NCBI GenBank assembly: GCA_963711565.1
Contig: CAVQEQ010000004.1
Coordinates: 544,001-608,000, forward strand
Direction: 5' to 3'
From: an uncultured delta proteobacterium
Lineage (GTDB): Bacteria > Desulfobacterota > Binatia > Binatales > Binataceae
DNA length: 64,000 bases
Below the pieces are notes generated by a model. That model saw nothing but the letters and a program-made list of their open reading frames with translations, was not told where the DNA came from and searched no databases. The position numbers were made by a program, and so were the translations under genes. Shown here one piece after another: positions 20,223 to 29,042 of the stretch. Position 1 is the first letter of the stretch, and every line of letters starts with the position of its first letter.

Positions 20223-21504
20223 ATGATTGAGTTGGTGAGTAATCCCGACCCGGGCGCGAGGATCAAGGTAATCGGTGCAGGTGGATGCGGCGGCAACGCG
20301 GTCAACCACATGATCAATGTGGGGCTGCGCAACGTCGATTTCATCGCCGTGAATACCGACATCCAGGCGCTGCAGAATAATCACGCGCCGCTGCGCGTTC
20401 AGATTGGCGACGAGATCACGCGCGGACGCGGTACCGGCGGCAATCCGGAAATCGGACGCAAGGCCGCGCTCGAAGACGAGGAGCGCATTCGCGAAATCCT
20501 GTCGGAAGCCGAGATGGTATTCGTCACCGCCGGAATGGGCGGCGGCACCGGCACCGGTTCTGCGCCAGTCATTGCGCGCATCGCGCGCGAGCTCGGCGCG
20601 CTGACCGTCGGCGTCGTGACCAAGCCATTCCAGTTCGAAGGGCGCCGGCGCATGTCGCAGGCCGAAGAGGGTTTGCGCGAGCTGAAGAACGCGGTCAACA
20701 CGCTGATCACGATTCCCAATCAGCGCCTGCTCTCGGTCGCGAGCAAAAATACGTCGCTCAAGGAATCGTTCCAGAAGGCCGACGACGTGTTGCTGCAAGC
20801 CGTGCGCGGTATTTCAGAACTCGTCACAGTGCATGGGCTGATCAATCTCGACTTCGCCAACGTCCGCTCGATCATGGCCGAGATGGGCATGGCGATGATG
20901 GGCGCGGCCACCGCTTCCGGCGAGAATCGCGCGGTCGAGGCGGCCCAGCGCGCAATTTCGAGTCCGCTGCTCGAGGACGTTCTCGATCAAGGGCGCGCGT
21001 GGCCTGCTGATCAACGTGACCGGCGGCTCGGACATGGCGCTCTACGAAGTCAACGAGGCTGCCAGCCTGATCCAGGAAGAGGCGCACGAGGACGCGAACA
21101 TCATTTTCGGCGCGGTGATCGACGACGCGATGTCAGACGAGATTCGCGTCACCGTGATCGCGACTGGCTTCGGCGATCTCGACCGCGGTACGTCGCGTTA
21201 CTCGCCGTCGGGCGCGCCGGTGACCACGCCGATCGCGGCGGCCTCGACCCGGCCGGTCGATCCGATGGAGGTCAAGCAGCCGGCGCCTGCCGCCCAGGCG
21301 GGGCAGGTGCGGATGTTCCCCGGCAACAAGCCGGTGCGCAGGATGGGCCTGGTCGTCAACGACAGCACGCTCGACATCCCGGCGTTTCGGCGCCGCGGCG
21401 AGGATTCGGGCCTGGCGGACGGCGAGAAGCTCGAGCCCAATTCGCTGCTCGACGGCGACGACAAGCTCGACATCCCAACCTTCCTCCGCAAGCACCTCGA
21501 CTAG
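20223..21504 (+). CDS. ftsZ: Cell division protein FtsZ, split by a +1 frameshift near 20980 (probable sequencing error)
   Basis: GGCGGNAV and GMGGGTGTG; removing one T from GACGTTCTCG restores [20 protein letters not shown]; the second frame ends in the conserved LDIPTFLRK. Confidence 0.95.
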
Positions 21505-21526
21505 CGCGGGCGATCACCGAAATAAT

Positions 21527-21566
21527 TGCGGCGCCCGAGTCTTACGACTCGCGGCGCCGCATTTTT
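21527..21566 (+). terminator. Rho-independent terminator after ftsZ
   Basis: TGCGGCGCCCGAGTC-TTAC-GACTCGCGGCGCCGCA hairpin followed by TTTTT. Confidence 0.8.
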
Positions 21567-21635
21567 GTTGTCATCGCTCGTGCGCCCGCGGTGGTGGATT
21601 GCTTCCCTTGGTCGCTTGGTGCATATTAGCAGGGG

Positions 21636-21652
21636 ATATCTCATAGAGATAT
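21636..21652. promoter_or_regulatory. Palindromic operator upstream of the RHH-MazF pair
   Basis: ATATCTC-ATA-GAGATAT ending 14 bp before the antitoxin ATG. Confidence 0.6.
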
Positions 21653-21666
21653 TTGGAGCGAAACTC

Positions 21667-21903
21667 ATGGAGTCTATCTCCCTAAAACTGCCCGAAAACC
21701 TGCTGGAAACCAGCGACCGATGCGCCCGCGCGCTCGGTATCCCGCGCGCCGAATATATACGCCGCGCGATTGAACGCATGAACCGCGAGGCCGAGGCTCG
21801 CGCTCGCGCGGAGCGGATGGCGCGCGCGTCGCGCAAAGTCCGCAAGGAAAGCATGCGTGTGAATGCCGAGTTCGCCGCGATTGAGCGCGACCCGGATGCC
21901 TGA
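21667..21903 (+). CDS. Ribbon-helix-helix (CopG-like) antitoxin
   Basis: ISLKLPENLL...GIPRAEYIRRAI; overlaps the toxin start. Confidence 0.85.
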   Translation: MESISLKLPENLLETSDRCARALGIPRAEYIRRAIERMNREAEARARAERMARASRKVRKESMRVNAEFAAIERDPDA

Positions 21904-22240
21904 GCGCGGCGATATCTGGATCGCCAATTTGAGTCCACGCCGCGGCACCGAGCCGGGCAAGACCCGTCCGGTGCTGATCGTCCAAGCGCAGTCGCTGATC
22001 AACGCCGGCCACGCTTCAACGTTGATAGTTCCTCTGACCACCAATCTCGCCGACGACGCCTATCCGTTGCGCGTACGCGTGCACGCGCAATCCTCTTTGC
22101 GGCGCAATTCTGATCTGCTGATCGACCAATTGCGCGCGATCGACAACCGCTTCCTGATCAAAGGCCCGCTATCACGTCTCGACGAAACAGCGATGGACCG
22201 CGTCGCCGCCGCTCTCCGCGAAGTTCTGGACCTTGGCTGA
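21896..22240 (+). CDS. mazF: PemK/MazF family endoribonuclease toxin
   Basis: RGDIWIANL.P..G.E.GKTRPVLIVQ, VPLTT, IDQLRAID. Confidence 0.92.
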   Translation: MPERGDIWIANLSPRRGTEPGKTRPVLIVQAQSLINAGHASTLIVPLTTNLADDAYPLRVRVHAQSSLRRNSDLLIDQLRAIDNRFLIKGPLSRLDETAMDRVAAALREVLDLG

Positions 22241-22287
22241 GATCGAAGCCCATCGCGCCGCGTAAGCGGCCTATCCCGGAGGTTTGT

Positions 22288-24102
22288 TTACCGCCCGGCC
22301 GCGACTCGCGGCGCGGGAGCCTCGCCGTTGAGCGATTTCAGGATCGCCTGGCGGCGCTCCTTCAATTCCTTCGGCATCGTCGGCCCGATCTTTTCGAAGA
22401 ACTCACTGGCCGACTCGAGTTCCGCTTTCCATTCTGCCGGATTCACCGCGAGCGCATCTCGCGCCACGCTCGGCGCTAGCTCGAGGCCTTTCAGATCGAG
22501 TTCTCCCTCATCGGGAACGATCCCGACCGGCGTCGCACCCCCCTTCGCGCGTCCGTGGATTCGATCGAGCATCCACTTGAGCACGCGCAGGTTCTCGCCG
22601 TAGCCCGGCCAGATGAAATTGCCGTCGGTGCCCTTGCGGAACCAGTTCACCATAAAAATGCGCGGCGGTTTCTTGATCGCGCCGCGCATCTTGAGCCAAT
22701 GCGCGAAATAGTCGCCGATGTTGTAGCCGCAGAACGGCAGCATCGCCATCGGATCGCGCCGCAGCACGCCGACCGCTCCTGCCGCCGCCGCCGTCGTTTC
22801 CGACCCCATCGTCGCGCCCATGAAAACGCCGTGCGTCCAGTCCATCGATTCGAGCACCAGCGGCACCGTCGAAGCCCGCCGTCCGCCGAAGATGACCGCC
22901 GAAATCGGCACGCCGCGAGGATCGTCGGCGCTCGGCGACCACGCCGGATTGTTGCGCATCGGTGTCGTGAAGCGGCTGTTAGGATGCGCGGCTTTGTCGG
23001 TCGATCCTTTTTTCCACGGCCGTCCCTGCCAGTCGATCAGACCGTCGGGCGCCGGCACGTCCATCCCTTCCCACCACACGTCGCCGTCAGGAGTCATCGC
23101 GACGTTGGTGAAAATCGTATCGTGCTGCACCATCCTCATCGCGTTGAGATTCGATTTCGCGCTGGTGCCGGGCGCGACGCCGAAGTAGCCGTTCTCGGGA
23201 TTCACCGCCCACAGACCGCCGTCGGGACCGACGCGCATCCACGAGATGTCGTCGCCGACAGTGAATACTTTCCAGCCCTTGAACTCGGCCGGCGGCGTCA
23301 GCATCGCGAGATTGGTCTTGCCACACGCGCTCGGAAACGCGGCCGCGACATAAGTGGTCTCGCCCTCGGGACTCTGCAGGCCGAGAATCAGCATATGCTC
23401 GGCGAGCCAGCCTTCGTCGCGGCCGAGCACGCTCGCGATTCTGAGCGCGAAACATTTCTTGCTGAGCAATGCGTTGCCGCCGTAGCCGCTGCCGACCGAG
23501 ATAATCGTGTTGTCCTGCGGGAAGTGGCAAATGAGGCGCCGCTCGGGATTCAAGTCGAGCGTGCAATGAATTCCGCGATTGAAATCGTTCGACTCGCCAA
23601 GTTGCTTCAGCGCCGCCGCGCCCATGCGCGTCATGATTCGCATGTTCAGCACCACGTAGATGCTGTCGGTCAACTCGACGCCGACCTTCGACAACGGCGA
23701 TCCGAGCGGGCCCATCACATACGGCACCACGTACATCGTGCGTCCGCGCATCGAGCCTTCGAGCCATCCGCGCAGCTTGGCGTAAGTCGCGGCGGGCTCG
23801 GACCAGTTGTTAGTCGGCCCCGCGTCTTTCTTATCCGGCGTGCAAACGAAAGTCAGTTGCTCGGTGCGGGCGACGTCGTTGGGATTCGACCGATGGAGGT
23901 AGCAGCCGGGCCGCTTCTCCTGGTTGAGCTCGATCAGTATTCCCGCTGCGACTGCCTGTTTGGTGAGCCGATTTTTTTCAGCTTCGGAACCGTCGCACCA
24001 GATTATCGCGTCAGGCTTTGTGAGCGCGGCGACTTCCTTGACCCAATCGCGCAACGCGCGGCTGCTGGTCGGCGAACTATTGGCGTTGGGATTGGGCGTC
24101 AC
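22288..24102 (-). CDS. pckG: Phosphoenolpyruvate carboxykinase (GTP)
   Basis: DVAR, GSGYGGNAL, AEHM, AAAFPSACGKTNLAM, VGDDI, NPENGYFGVAPGT, HPNSRF, DPMAMLPFCGY. Confidence 0.98.
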   Translation of the reverse strand: MTPNPNANSSPTSSRALRDWVKEVAALTKPDAIIWCDGSEAEKNRLTKQAVAAGILIELNQEKRPGCYLHRSNPNDVARTEQLTFVCTPDKKDAGPTNNWSEPAATYAKLRGWLEGSMRGRTMYVVPYVMGPLGSPLSKVGVELTDSIYVVLNMRIMTRMGAAALKQLGESNDFNRGIHCTLDLNPERRLICHFPQDNTIISVGSGYGGNALLSKKCFALRIASVLGRDEGWLAEHMLILGLQSPEGETTYVAAAFPSACGKTNLAMLTPPAEFKGWKVFTVGDDISWMRVGPDGGLWAVNPENGYFGVAPGTSAKSNLNAMRMVQHDTIFTNVAMTPDGDVWWEGMDVPAPDGLIDWQGRPWKKGSTDKAAHPNSRFTTPMRNNPAWSPSADDPRGVPISAVIFGGRRASTVPLVLESMDWTHGVFMGATMGSETTAAAAGAVGVLRRDPMAMLPFCGYNIGDYFAHWLKMRGAIKKPPRIFMVNWFRKGTDGNFIWPGYGENLRVLKWMLDRIHGRAKGGATPVGIVPDEGELDLKGLELAPSVARDALAVNPAEWKAELESASEFFEKIGPTMPKELKERRQAILKSLNGEAPAPRVAAGR

Positions 24103-24320
24103 TTCATGCGCTCCACGTCGGTCCTTGTGAGACGTAACTCCTACTCAAACGCAGGTGCAAAATGCAATCCAGCGAACATGAGCACGTAATATGTAGATTA
24201 GCAGATTAGATTAATCAAGGGGAGAACTATAAGCAATTCTTCAGACCATTGTGCGCGCGAGAACCGCCCCGGGGCGATCCTGACTCGCGATGCCGCTCCA
24301 CCCCTCGAGAATATCGGTCA

Positions 24321-24398
24321 TGAGAGCAAAGTAGCGTCCTCGCAACTTTGCGATTGACAATGGGTGCAGGGGTCACCCCTGCCGCCCCGCGCGCAGCG
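24321..24398 (+). repeat. About 80-bp structured repeat, copy 1
   Basis: TGAGAGCAAAGTAGCG...GCAACTTTGCG...TGGGTGCAGGGGTCACCCCTGCC; similar copies at 28201-28282 (reverse) and 30619-30680. Confidence 0.85.
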
Positions 24399-24431
24399 GT
24401 TCTGACGATCTGATCAACTCCAGGGCATCAT

Positions 24432-25202
24432 CTAGTACGCGGCGCTCTTGCGCGCCGAGTTGATCAGCTTCTGGATTTCCTCTTCGGTGAATCCCGCCAG
24501 CATCCGCGCCTCTTTCGCGATCGCGACCACTTGCCCGTCGTCGTTCTCGATATCTTCCTGCGCGCGCCGCCCGCCGCGGAAGTTGAAGACCTCGTCGACC
24601 ATGTCCTGGAACGCCTGCGCCTTGGCCAGCCGCTCGGGGTCGCCCTCGGTCAGCTTGCGCATCCACTTCGATCCCATGCGCACGTGCGTGATCTCGTCGG
24701 CCAGCACGTAGTCCACCGATCGCTCGATCACCTCGTCGCCGTTGCGCTGCGCGATCCGAATAAGCTGATCGAAGACGTCGCACGCGAGCCCCTCGAGCCC
24801 GCGATTTATTCCCGCGACCCGCGCCGCCGGATCCATCGCCTGCGTGCATCGCCACAAAATCTCCGTCTCGACGTAGTCGCCAGGATGCCCGCCCATGTAC
24901 TCGACGAGGCGCTGGAAAATCTCGCTGTGACGCGCTTCGTCCCACACCTGGCGCGCCATGTCGAGCTGGAACTCCCACGGCGCGTCCGGAAAATCGAACA
25001 GCGTGCGTCCCGCCGCCTCCATCGCCTGCAACTCGCCGGTGTAGATTCCATGCAGTCGCGAGCGCAGTGTCTCTTCGTCGAACGGCATCGGCCGCCCGCC
25101 TTCGAGGCCTTGCTCCTCGCGAATTTCGCGCACCTGACGGCTGCGCAACACTACCCAATTGTCGGGACGGGCAAGGCGGTCAACCGGGATACATTTTTCC
25201 AT
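24432..25202 (-). CDS. Ferritin-like diiron protein (DUF455-like), paralogue B
   Basis: HGIYTGE, WDEARH, GLEG, ADEITH diiron ligand pattern; C-terminal EARMLAGF. Confidence 0.85.
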   Translation of the reverse strand: MEKCIPVDRLARPDNWVVLRSRQVREIREEQGLEGGRPMPFDEETLRSRLHGIYTGELQAMEAAGRTLFDFPDAPWEFQLDMARQVWDEARHSEIFQRLVEYMGGHPGDYVETEILWRCTQAMDPAARVAGINRGLEGLACDVFDQLIRIAQRNGDEVIERSVDYVLADEITHVRMGSKWMRKLTEGDPERLAKAQAFQDMVDEVFNFRGGRRAQEDIENDDGQVVAIAKEARMLAGFTEEEIQKLINSARKSAAY

Positions 25203-25235
25203 CGCAAAAATTCCTTGGTGAATCGCGCCGCCTGA

Positions 25236-26036
25236 TTAGTACGCGGCGCTCTTGCCGAAGCCTTTGACCAGCCGATCGATTTCCTCTTCAGTGAATCCCG
25301 CGAGCAGCCGCGCCTCGCGCGCAATCGTCAGGCCCGCGTCGATTTCGATCTCCTTCTCATTGACGCGCTGCTTGACGTGATCGACATCCTCGATCCGCTT
25401 GCGCCCGGGACCGAAGTTGAACAACTCGTCGATCCGGTCCTGGAACTCCTGCGCCCGCTTGAAGCGCTCGGGGTCGCCCTCGGTCAGCTTGCGCATCCAC
25501 TGCGATCCCATCCGCACGTGAGTGATCTCGTCGGCCAGCACGTAATCTACCGAACGTTCGATAACCGAATCGCCCATCTTCTGCGCGATCCGAATCAGTT
25601 GCTCGAAGACGTCGCACGCGAGCCCCTCGAGTCCGCGATTTATTCCCGCCACGCGCGCCGCCGGATCCTCCGCCTGAGTGCACGACCACAACACTTCGCC
25701 CTCGGGAAATTCGCCGTAATACGATCCGACGTATTCGAGCAGCTTCATATAGATCTCGGCGTGACGCGATTCGTCCCACACCTGGCGCGCCATGTCGAGC
25801 TGGAATTCCCACGGCGCGTCGGGAAAGTCGTAGAGCGTGCGCCCGGCCGCTTCCATCGCCTGGAATTCCCCGCCGCAAATCCCGTGCATCCGCGATTTCA
25901 GGAAATCATCCTCGTACGGCATCGCGTTGCCGGGCGACAATCCCTGCTCGCTGCGCGCGTTGCGCGTGCGATTCGCGGGCAGCAGGATATGGTTCTCGGG
26001 ACGCGCCAGCTTATCGACCGGGATCATTCTTTCCAT
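25236..26036 (-). CDS. Ferritin-like diiron protein (DUF455-like), paralogue A
   Basis: HGICGGE, WDESRH, GLEG, ADEITH; colinear with the downstream paralogue. Confidence 0.85.
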   Translation of the reverse strand: MERMIPVDKLARPENHILLPANRTRNARSEQGLSPGNAMPYEDDFLKSRMHGICGGEFQAMEAAGRTLYDFPDAPWEFQLDMARQVWDESRHAEIYMKLLEYVGSYYGEFPEGEVLWSCTQAEDPAARVAGINRGLEGLACDVFEQLIRIAQKMGDSVIERSVDYVLADEITHVRMGSQWMRKLTEGDPERFKRAQEFQDRIDELFNFGPGRKRIEDVDHVKQRVNEKEIEIDAGLTIAREARLLAGFTEEEIDRLVKGFGKSAAY

Positions 26037-26055
26037 CGCCGTTGCTCCTTCGTTT

Positions 26056-26442
26056 TCATCTACTCCACGCTGACCTCTTGCCGGTCAGGTCCAACGCCTC
26101 GCGTACAGTCCATTCGCCGTCCTTCGGGCCGAGCCGAAACTGAAACTTGAACGGCTCGACGCCGGACCCCGTCAGCTGCGCCTTGAGAAAATAATGATGC
26201 GCCACGCGCGCGCGTCCAATAAGCTCGAACCTATCATACTTGTTCGCCGGAATCGCATTGGCGACCCGCATCATCTCGTCGCGCACATGCGCCGGCGTCA
26301 TCGCCTCGACGCTCGCATGGTCGCCGCGTATCAGCGCATTCAGCAGCCGCTCTGCCGCCGCGAACATCTCGGCCGGCGGCTCGACGATTTCCGCAATCGG
26401 CTGCGGCCCCATCACGTTGCCGCGTTCTCCCAAATCAGGCAT
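26056..26442 (-). CDS. Small hypothetical protein, NTF2/SnoaL-like pattern, paralogue 2 (start 26442 or 26412)
   Basis: Helical N-half, beta-rich C-half, ending DGEWTVREALDLTGKRSAWSR; overlaps the upstream stop. Confidence 0.75.
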   Translation of the reverse strand: MPDLGERGNVMGPQPIAEIVEPPAEMFAAAERLLNALIRGDHASVEAMTPAHVRDEMMRVANAIPANKYDRFELIGRARVAHHYFLKAQLTGSGVEPFKFQFRLGPKDGEWTVREALDLTGKRSAWSR

Positions 26443-26830
26443 TGCCGTTCCCCACGCGCGCCTGCTCGATCGCCGCCGCCAGATTCGGAACGTCGCTCCA
26501 CGGCGAGCGCTTGCCCGTCGTGTCCTCGACGCTCGCGATCGCCCACTTGCCGTCAGCCTCTTTGCGCCATCGATAGAGCACGCGACGCATTGCGCCGCCG
26601 TTCGTGAACCTGATTTTCGAAATGTACTGAAAACCCACCTTCGCCAGCGCCATCGTTTCGACGTTGACCGGCTTGCCAATCCGCCCAATCTCCGCCGCGG
26701 CCTGCCGATGCGCTTCGATTCCCTGCGCGAGCACGAAACGCTCCGCCGTCGCGCTATCGCCCGCCGCGAGTGCGCCCGCATGCGTCGCGATCGCCTCGCG
26801 CAGGTCGGTGATATCGTCCAGCTTCTTCAT
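26435..26830 (-). CDS. Small hypothetical protein, NTF2/SnoaL-like pattern, paralogue 1
   Basis: ALAAGD...AKVG.QY..K...DGKWAIASVEDTTGKRSPWS, motif shared with its neighbour. Confidence 0.75.
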   Translation of the reverse strand: MKKLDDITDLREAIATHAGALAAGDSATAERFVLAQGIEAHRQAAAEIGRIGKPVNVETMALAKVGFQYISKIRFTNGGAMRRVLYRWRKEADGKWAIASVEDTTGKRSPWSDVPNLAAAIEQARVGNGNA

Positions 26831-26835
26831 ATTGC

Positions 26836-27456
26836 TCAGCTGCGCCCGACTTTTCTGCGCGGCGCCGGTTCGTCCGCCTCAAACCCCGTCACTCCGCCCG
26901 ACGCGCCGAGCAATCCCTCGAGATGCGATTGCCAGTTCGCGGCGCGCAGATGCTTGTCCTTCGAGTCGAGCAGCTCGTTGAGCAGCACGCTGCCGCGCTC
27001 GACGTGACCTTTCTCCTCTTCGACCAGTCGCTGCAAAATTCGCAAGGTGGGCGGCTCGTACACGGGATTCATCGCCGTCAGATGCGAGCTGTAATGCGAA
27101 ATCAGATGCGGCTTCAGCACCCGGTAAATCCCGACCAGCCGCTCGATCGTGTCCTCCCACTCTTCCTTGTCCTCGATCGCGTTCATAAACGTGACGAACG
27201 CCTCGTTGGGAGCCTTGGAAATCTGCGGCTGCGCGCGCAGCTCCGGCAGCCGCTTGCCGAGCGCATCGGTATGCAGCGCGTCTTCGTACACCTGCTTCGC
27301 CATCTCGAGCTTGACCGCGAGCTCCGGCGTCAGCGCGATCCAGCCGGCCATCATGCGCATCATCCGCTCTTCGGCGTAGCGATAATTCTGGATATAGATG
27401 ACGCTCTGACGCACGCTGTAAACGCCGTCGAGAGTTCGCCTGTCGTAAAGTGCCAT
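26836..27456 (-). CDS. Ferritin-like four-helix-bundle protein (divergent)
   Basis: YAEERM...AGW, YEDALH and EEEKGH; GAGGAG RBS. Confidence 0.75.
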   Translation of the reverse strand: MALYDRRTLDGVYSVRQSVIYIQNYRYAEERMMRMMAGWIALTPELAVKLEMAKQVYEDALHTDALGKRLPELRAQPQISKAPNEAFVTFMNAIEDKEEWEDTIERLVGIYRVLKPHLISHYSSHLTAMNPVYEPPTLRILQRLVEEEKGHVERGSVLLNELLDSKDKHLRAANWQSHLEGLLGASGGVTGFEADEPAPRRKVGRS

Positions 27457-27486
27457 CTCGCAACTCCTCGTGATCGCCGCGCCGCC

Positions 27487-28146
27487 TCAGCGCGCGATGC
27501 TGCTGCTCGCTCCATTGGCGTTCCCGAAAAAACGGCCTTCGACTATCGCCGCAATCTCGCGCCAGTAAGTTTCCTTGTCGGTCCCCTTCAGATTGTTCGC
27601 GCCCATCGCCCAGCCCGCGCACAGCATATGAATCGCATGCACGGCGCTGCGCGCGTCCTCGAAATGAATCACGCCAAGCCGCCGCCCGCGCTCGAGAATC
27701 TCGGCCACCGCGCCCAGGTAGTCGCTGCCGATCTTCTTCATCGCCGTGCGATATTGCGGCCGCCGTTCGAGATACCGCGCCTCATGATGCAGCACATTAA
27801 ACGCCTCGCGATAACGATCGATCACGTCGAGTATCGCGCGCATCACCTCGATCAGCTCGCGCCGCGGGTCGCCGACAGTGCGCTCGCGAATCGCCGGCAG
27901 CATCTCGACCAACTCCGCCACCATCGACTCGCCAATCAGCGGAATAATCTCGTCCTTGCTGTCGAGATAAAGATAAATCGATCCCGCCGCCAGCCCCGCT
28001 TCGAGCGCCAACTCCTTCACCGACGCCTCATGAAACGACTTCCGCGCCAGCACCCGGCACGCCGCCAGAAAAATCTGCCGCCGCCGCGCCTTGACGAGCT
28101 TCTCGTCCGGCGCAGGTGCGCGTAATACTTCAGCGACTCGTGCCAT
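27487..28146 (-). CDS. TetR/AcrR family transcriptional regulator
   Basis: RRRQIFLAACRVLARKSFHEASVKELALEAGLAAGSIYLYLDSKDEI. Confidence 0.93.
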   Translation of the reverse strand: MARVAEVLRAPAPDEKLVKARRRQIFLAACRVLARKSFHEASVKELALEAGLAAGSIYLYLDSKDEIIPLIGESMVAELVEMLPAIRERTVGDPRRELIEVMRAILDVIDRYREAFNVLHHEARYLERRPQYRTAMKKIGSDYLGAVAEILERGRRLGVIHFEDARSAVHAIHMLCAGWAMGANNLKGTDKETYWREIAAIVEGRFFGNANGASSSIAR

Positions 28147-28155
28147 AGGCCAGTA

Positions 28156-28185
28156 AATCTACTGAATGAACGTTCATTTTGTCAA
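28156..28185 (-). promoter_or_regulatory. Sigma70-like promoter with a perfect palindromic operator (likely TetR site)
   Basis: Minus-strand TTGACA (28185-28180), 18-bp spacer, TAGATT (28161-28156); palindrome AATGAACGTTCATT at 28165-28178. Confidence 0.75.
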
Positions 28186-28200
28186 GAGCCAAATTATAAT

Positions 28201-28373
28201 CGCCTGCGCGGCGGGCGGCAGGGGTGACCCCTGCACCCAGTATGAAGCGCAAAGTTGCGCGCAGCGCGCTACTTTGCTCTCAGGGTCTGGCTCGATGGTG
28301 GAAGCTTAGAGCAAAATGGCGTCCTCGACATTTCGCGATTTCCTAACACTGGGTGCAGGGGTCACCCCTGCCC
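28201..28373. repeat. Structured repeat copy 2 (reverse) plus a partial inverted copy
   Basis: 28201-28282 resembles the reverse complement of copy 1; CTGGGTGCAGGGGTCACCCCTGCCC at 28349-28373. Confidence 0.8.
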
Positions 28374-28468
28374 AAGGAGGTGTGGAACCCAGGCGGGTTC
28401 CACGTCAAATAAAGTTCCCTGTCCCCCTCCCGTTTCGACGCGTCGTATCCTTATATATGCTCACCGCT

Positions 28469-28912
28469 ATGCCCGACACTTTTCAAAAAGAAAGCACCCT
28501 CGACCGCTTCTTCAACCGCCTGATGGGCCGCGCGCTGCGGCTCGGATTCGCCCCCGCATATATGCGCCTGCTCGAGGTCCGCGGCCGCAAATCCGGCAGG
28601 ACCTTCACGACGCCCGTCAACATCCTCGACTTCAATGGCCGCCGATGGCTGGTTGCTGCGCGAGGCGAGACTGCATGGGCCCGCAACGCACGCGCCGCCG
28701 GCCACATCGTGCTGCGCCGCGGCTCCCGCGCCGAATCCCTGATGGTCCGCGAGCTCGCCGACGCCGACAAGCCCGAAGTCATCAAGGCCTTCCTCGATCG
28801 CTTCGCCTCGCAGGTCCAGCGTTTCTTCAACGTCCCCGCCGGCTCGCCCGTCAACGCATTCCGCGCAACCGCCTCGCGCACCCCAGTCTTCGAGCTAATC
28901 GCCGGCGCGTAG
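28469..28912 (+). CDS. Deazaflavin (F420)-dependent nitroreductase-family (DDN-like) protein
   Basis: LLEVRGRKSGRTFTTPV, LVAARGETAWARNARA, PVFEL. Confidence 0.85.
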   Translation: MPDTFQKESTLDRFFNRLMGRALRLGFAPAYMRLLEVRGRKSGRTFTTPVNILDFNGRRWLVAARGETAWARNARAAGHIVLRRGSRAESLMVRELADADKPEVIKAFLDRFASQVQRFFNVPAGSPVNAFRATASRTPVFELIAGA

Positions 28913-28975
28913 TGGAGTCTCGAATTCGAGAGAACAGATGTTGGGAAAGCTTTACCTAACTGCTCGAACGTCTCT

Positions 28976-29011
28976 TCCCCTCTCCAGAAGGGAGAGGGGC
29001 TAGGGGTGAGG
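28976..29011. repeat. REP-type hairpin (CCCCTCTCC...GGAGAGGGG-CTAGGGGTGAGG family)
   Basis: Same motif recurs near 30772-30806, with variants near 32765 and 33395. Confidence 0.75.
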
Positions 29012-29042
29012 TGACGGCGACAAGAGAAGCAATTTTTATTCT

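Noticed and set aside
20980-21629. Programmed frameshift or alternative FtsZ C-terminus
   Set aside because: No slippery sequence; the read-through tail is non-conserved and crosses the terminator; deleting one base restores a canonical FtsZ.
24432-27456. Encapsulin cargo or iron-storage ferritin locus
   Set aside because: No encapsulin gene and no recognisable targeting peptide; motifs fit DUF455-like proteins rather than Ftn/Bfr/Dps.
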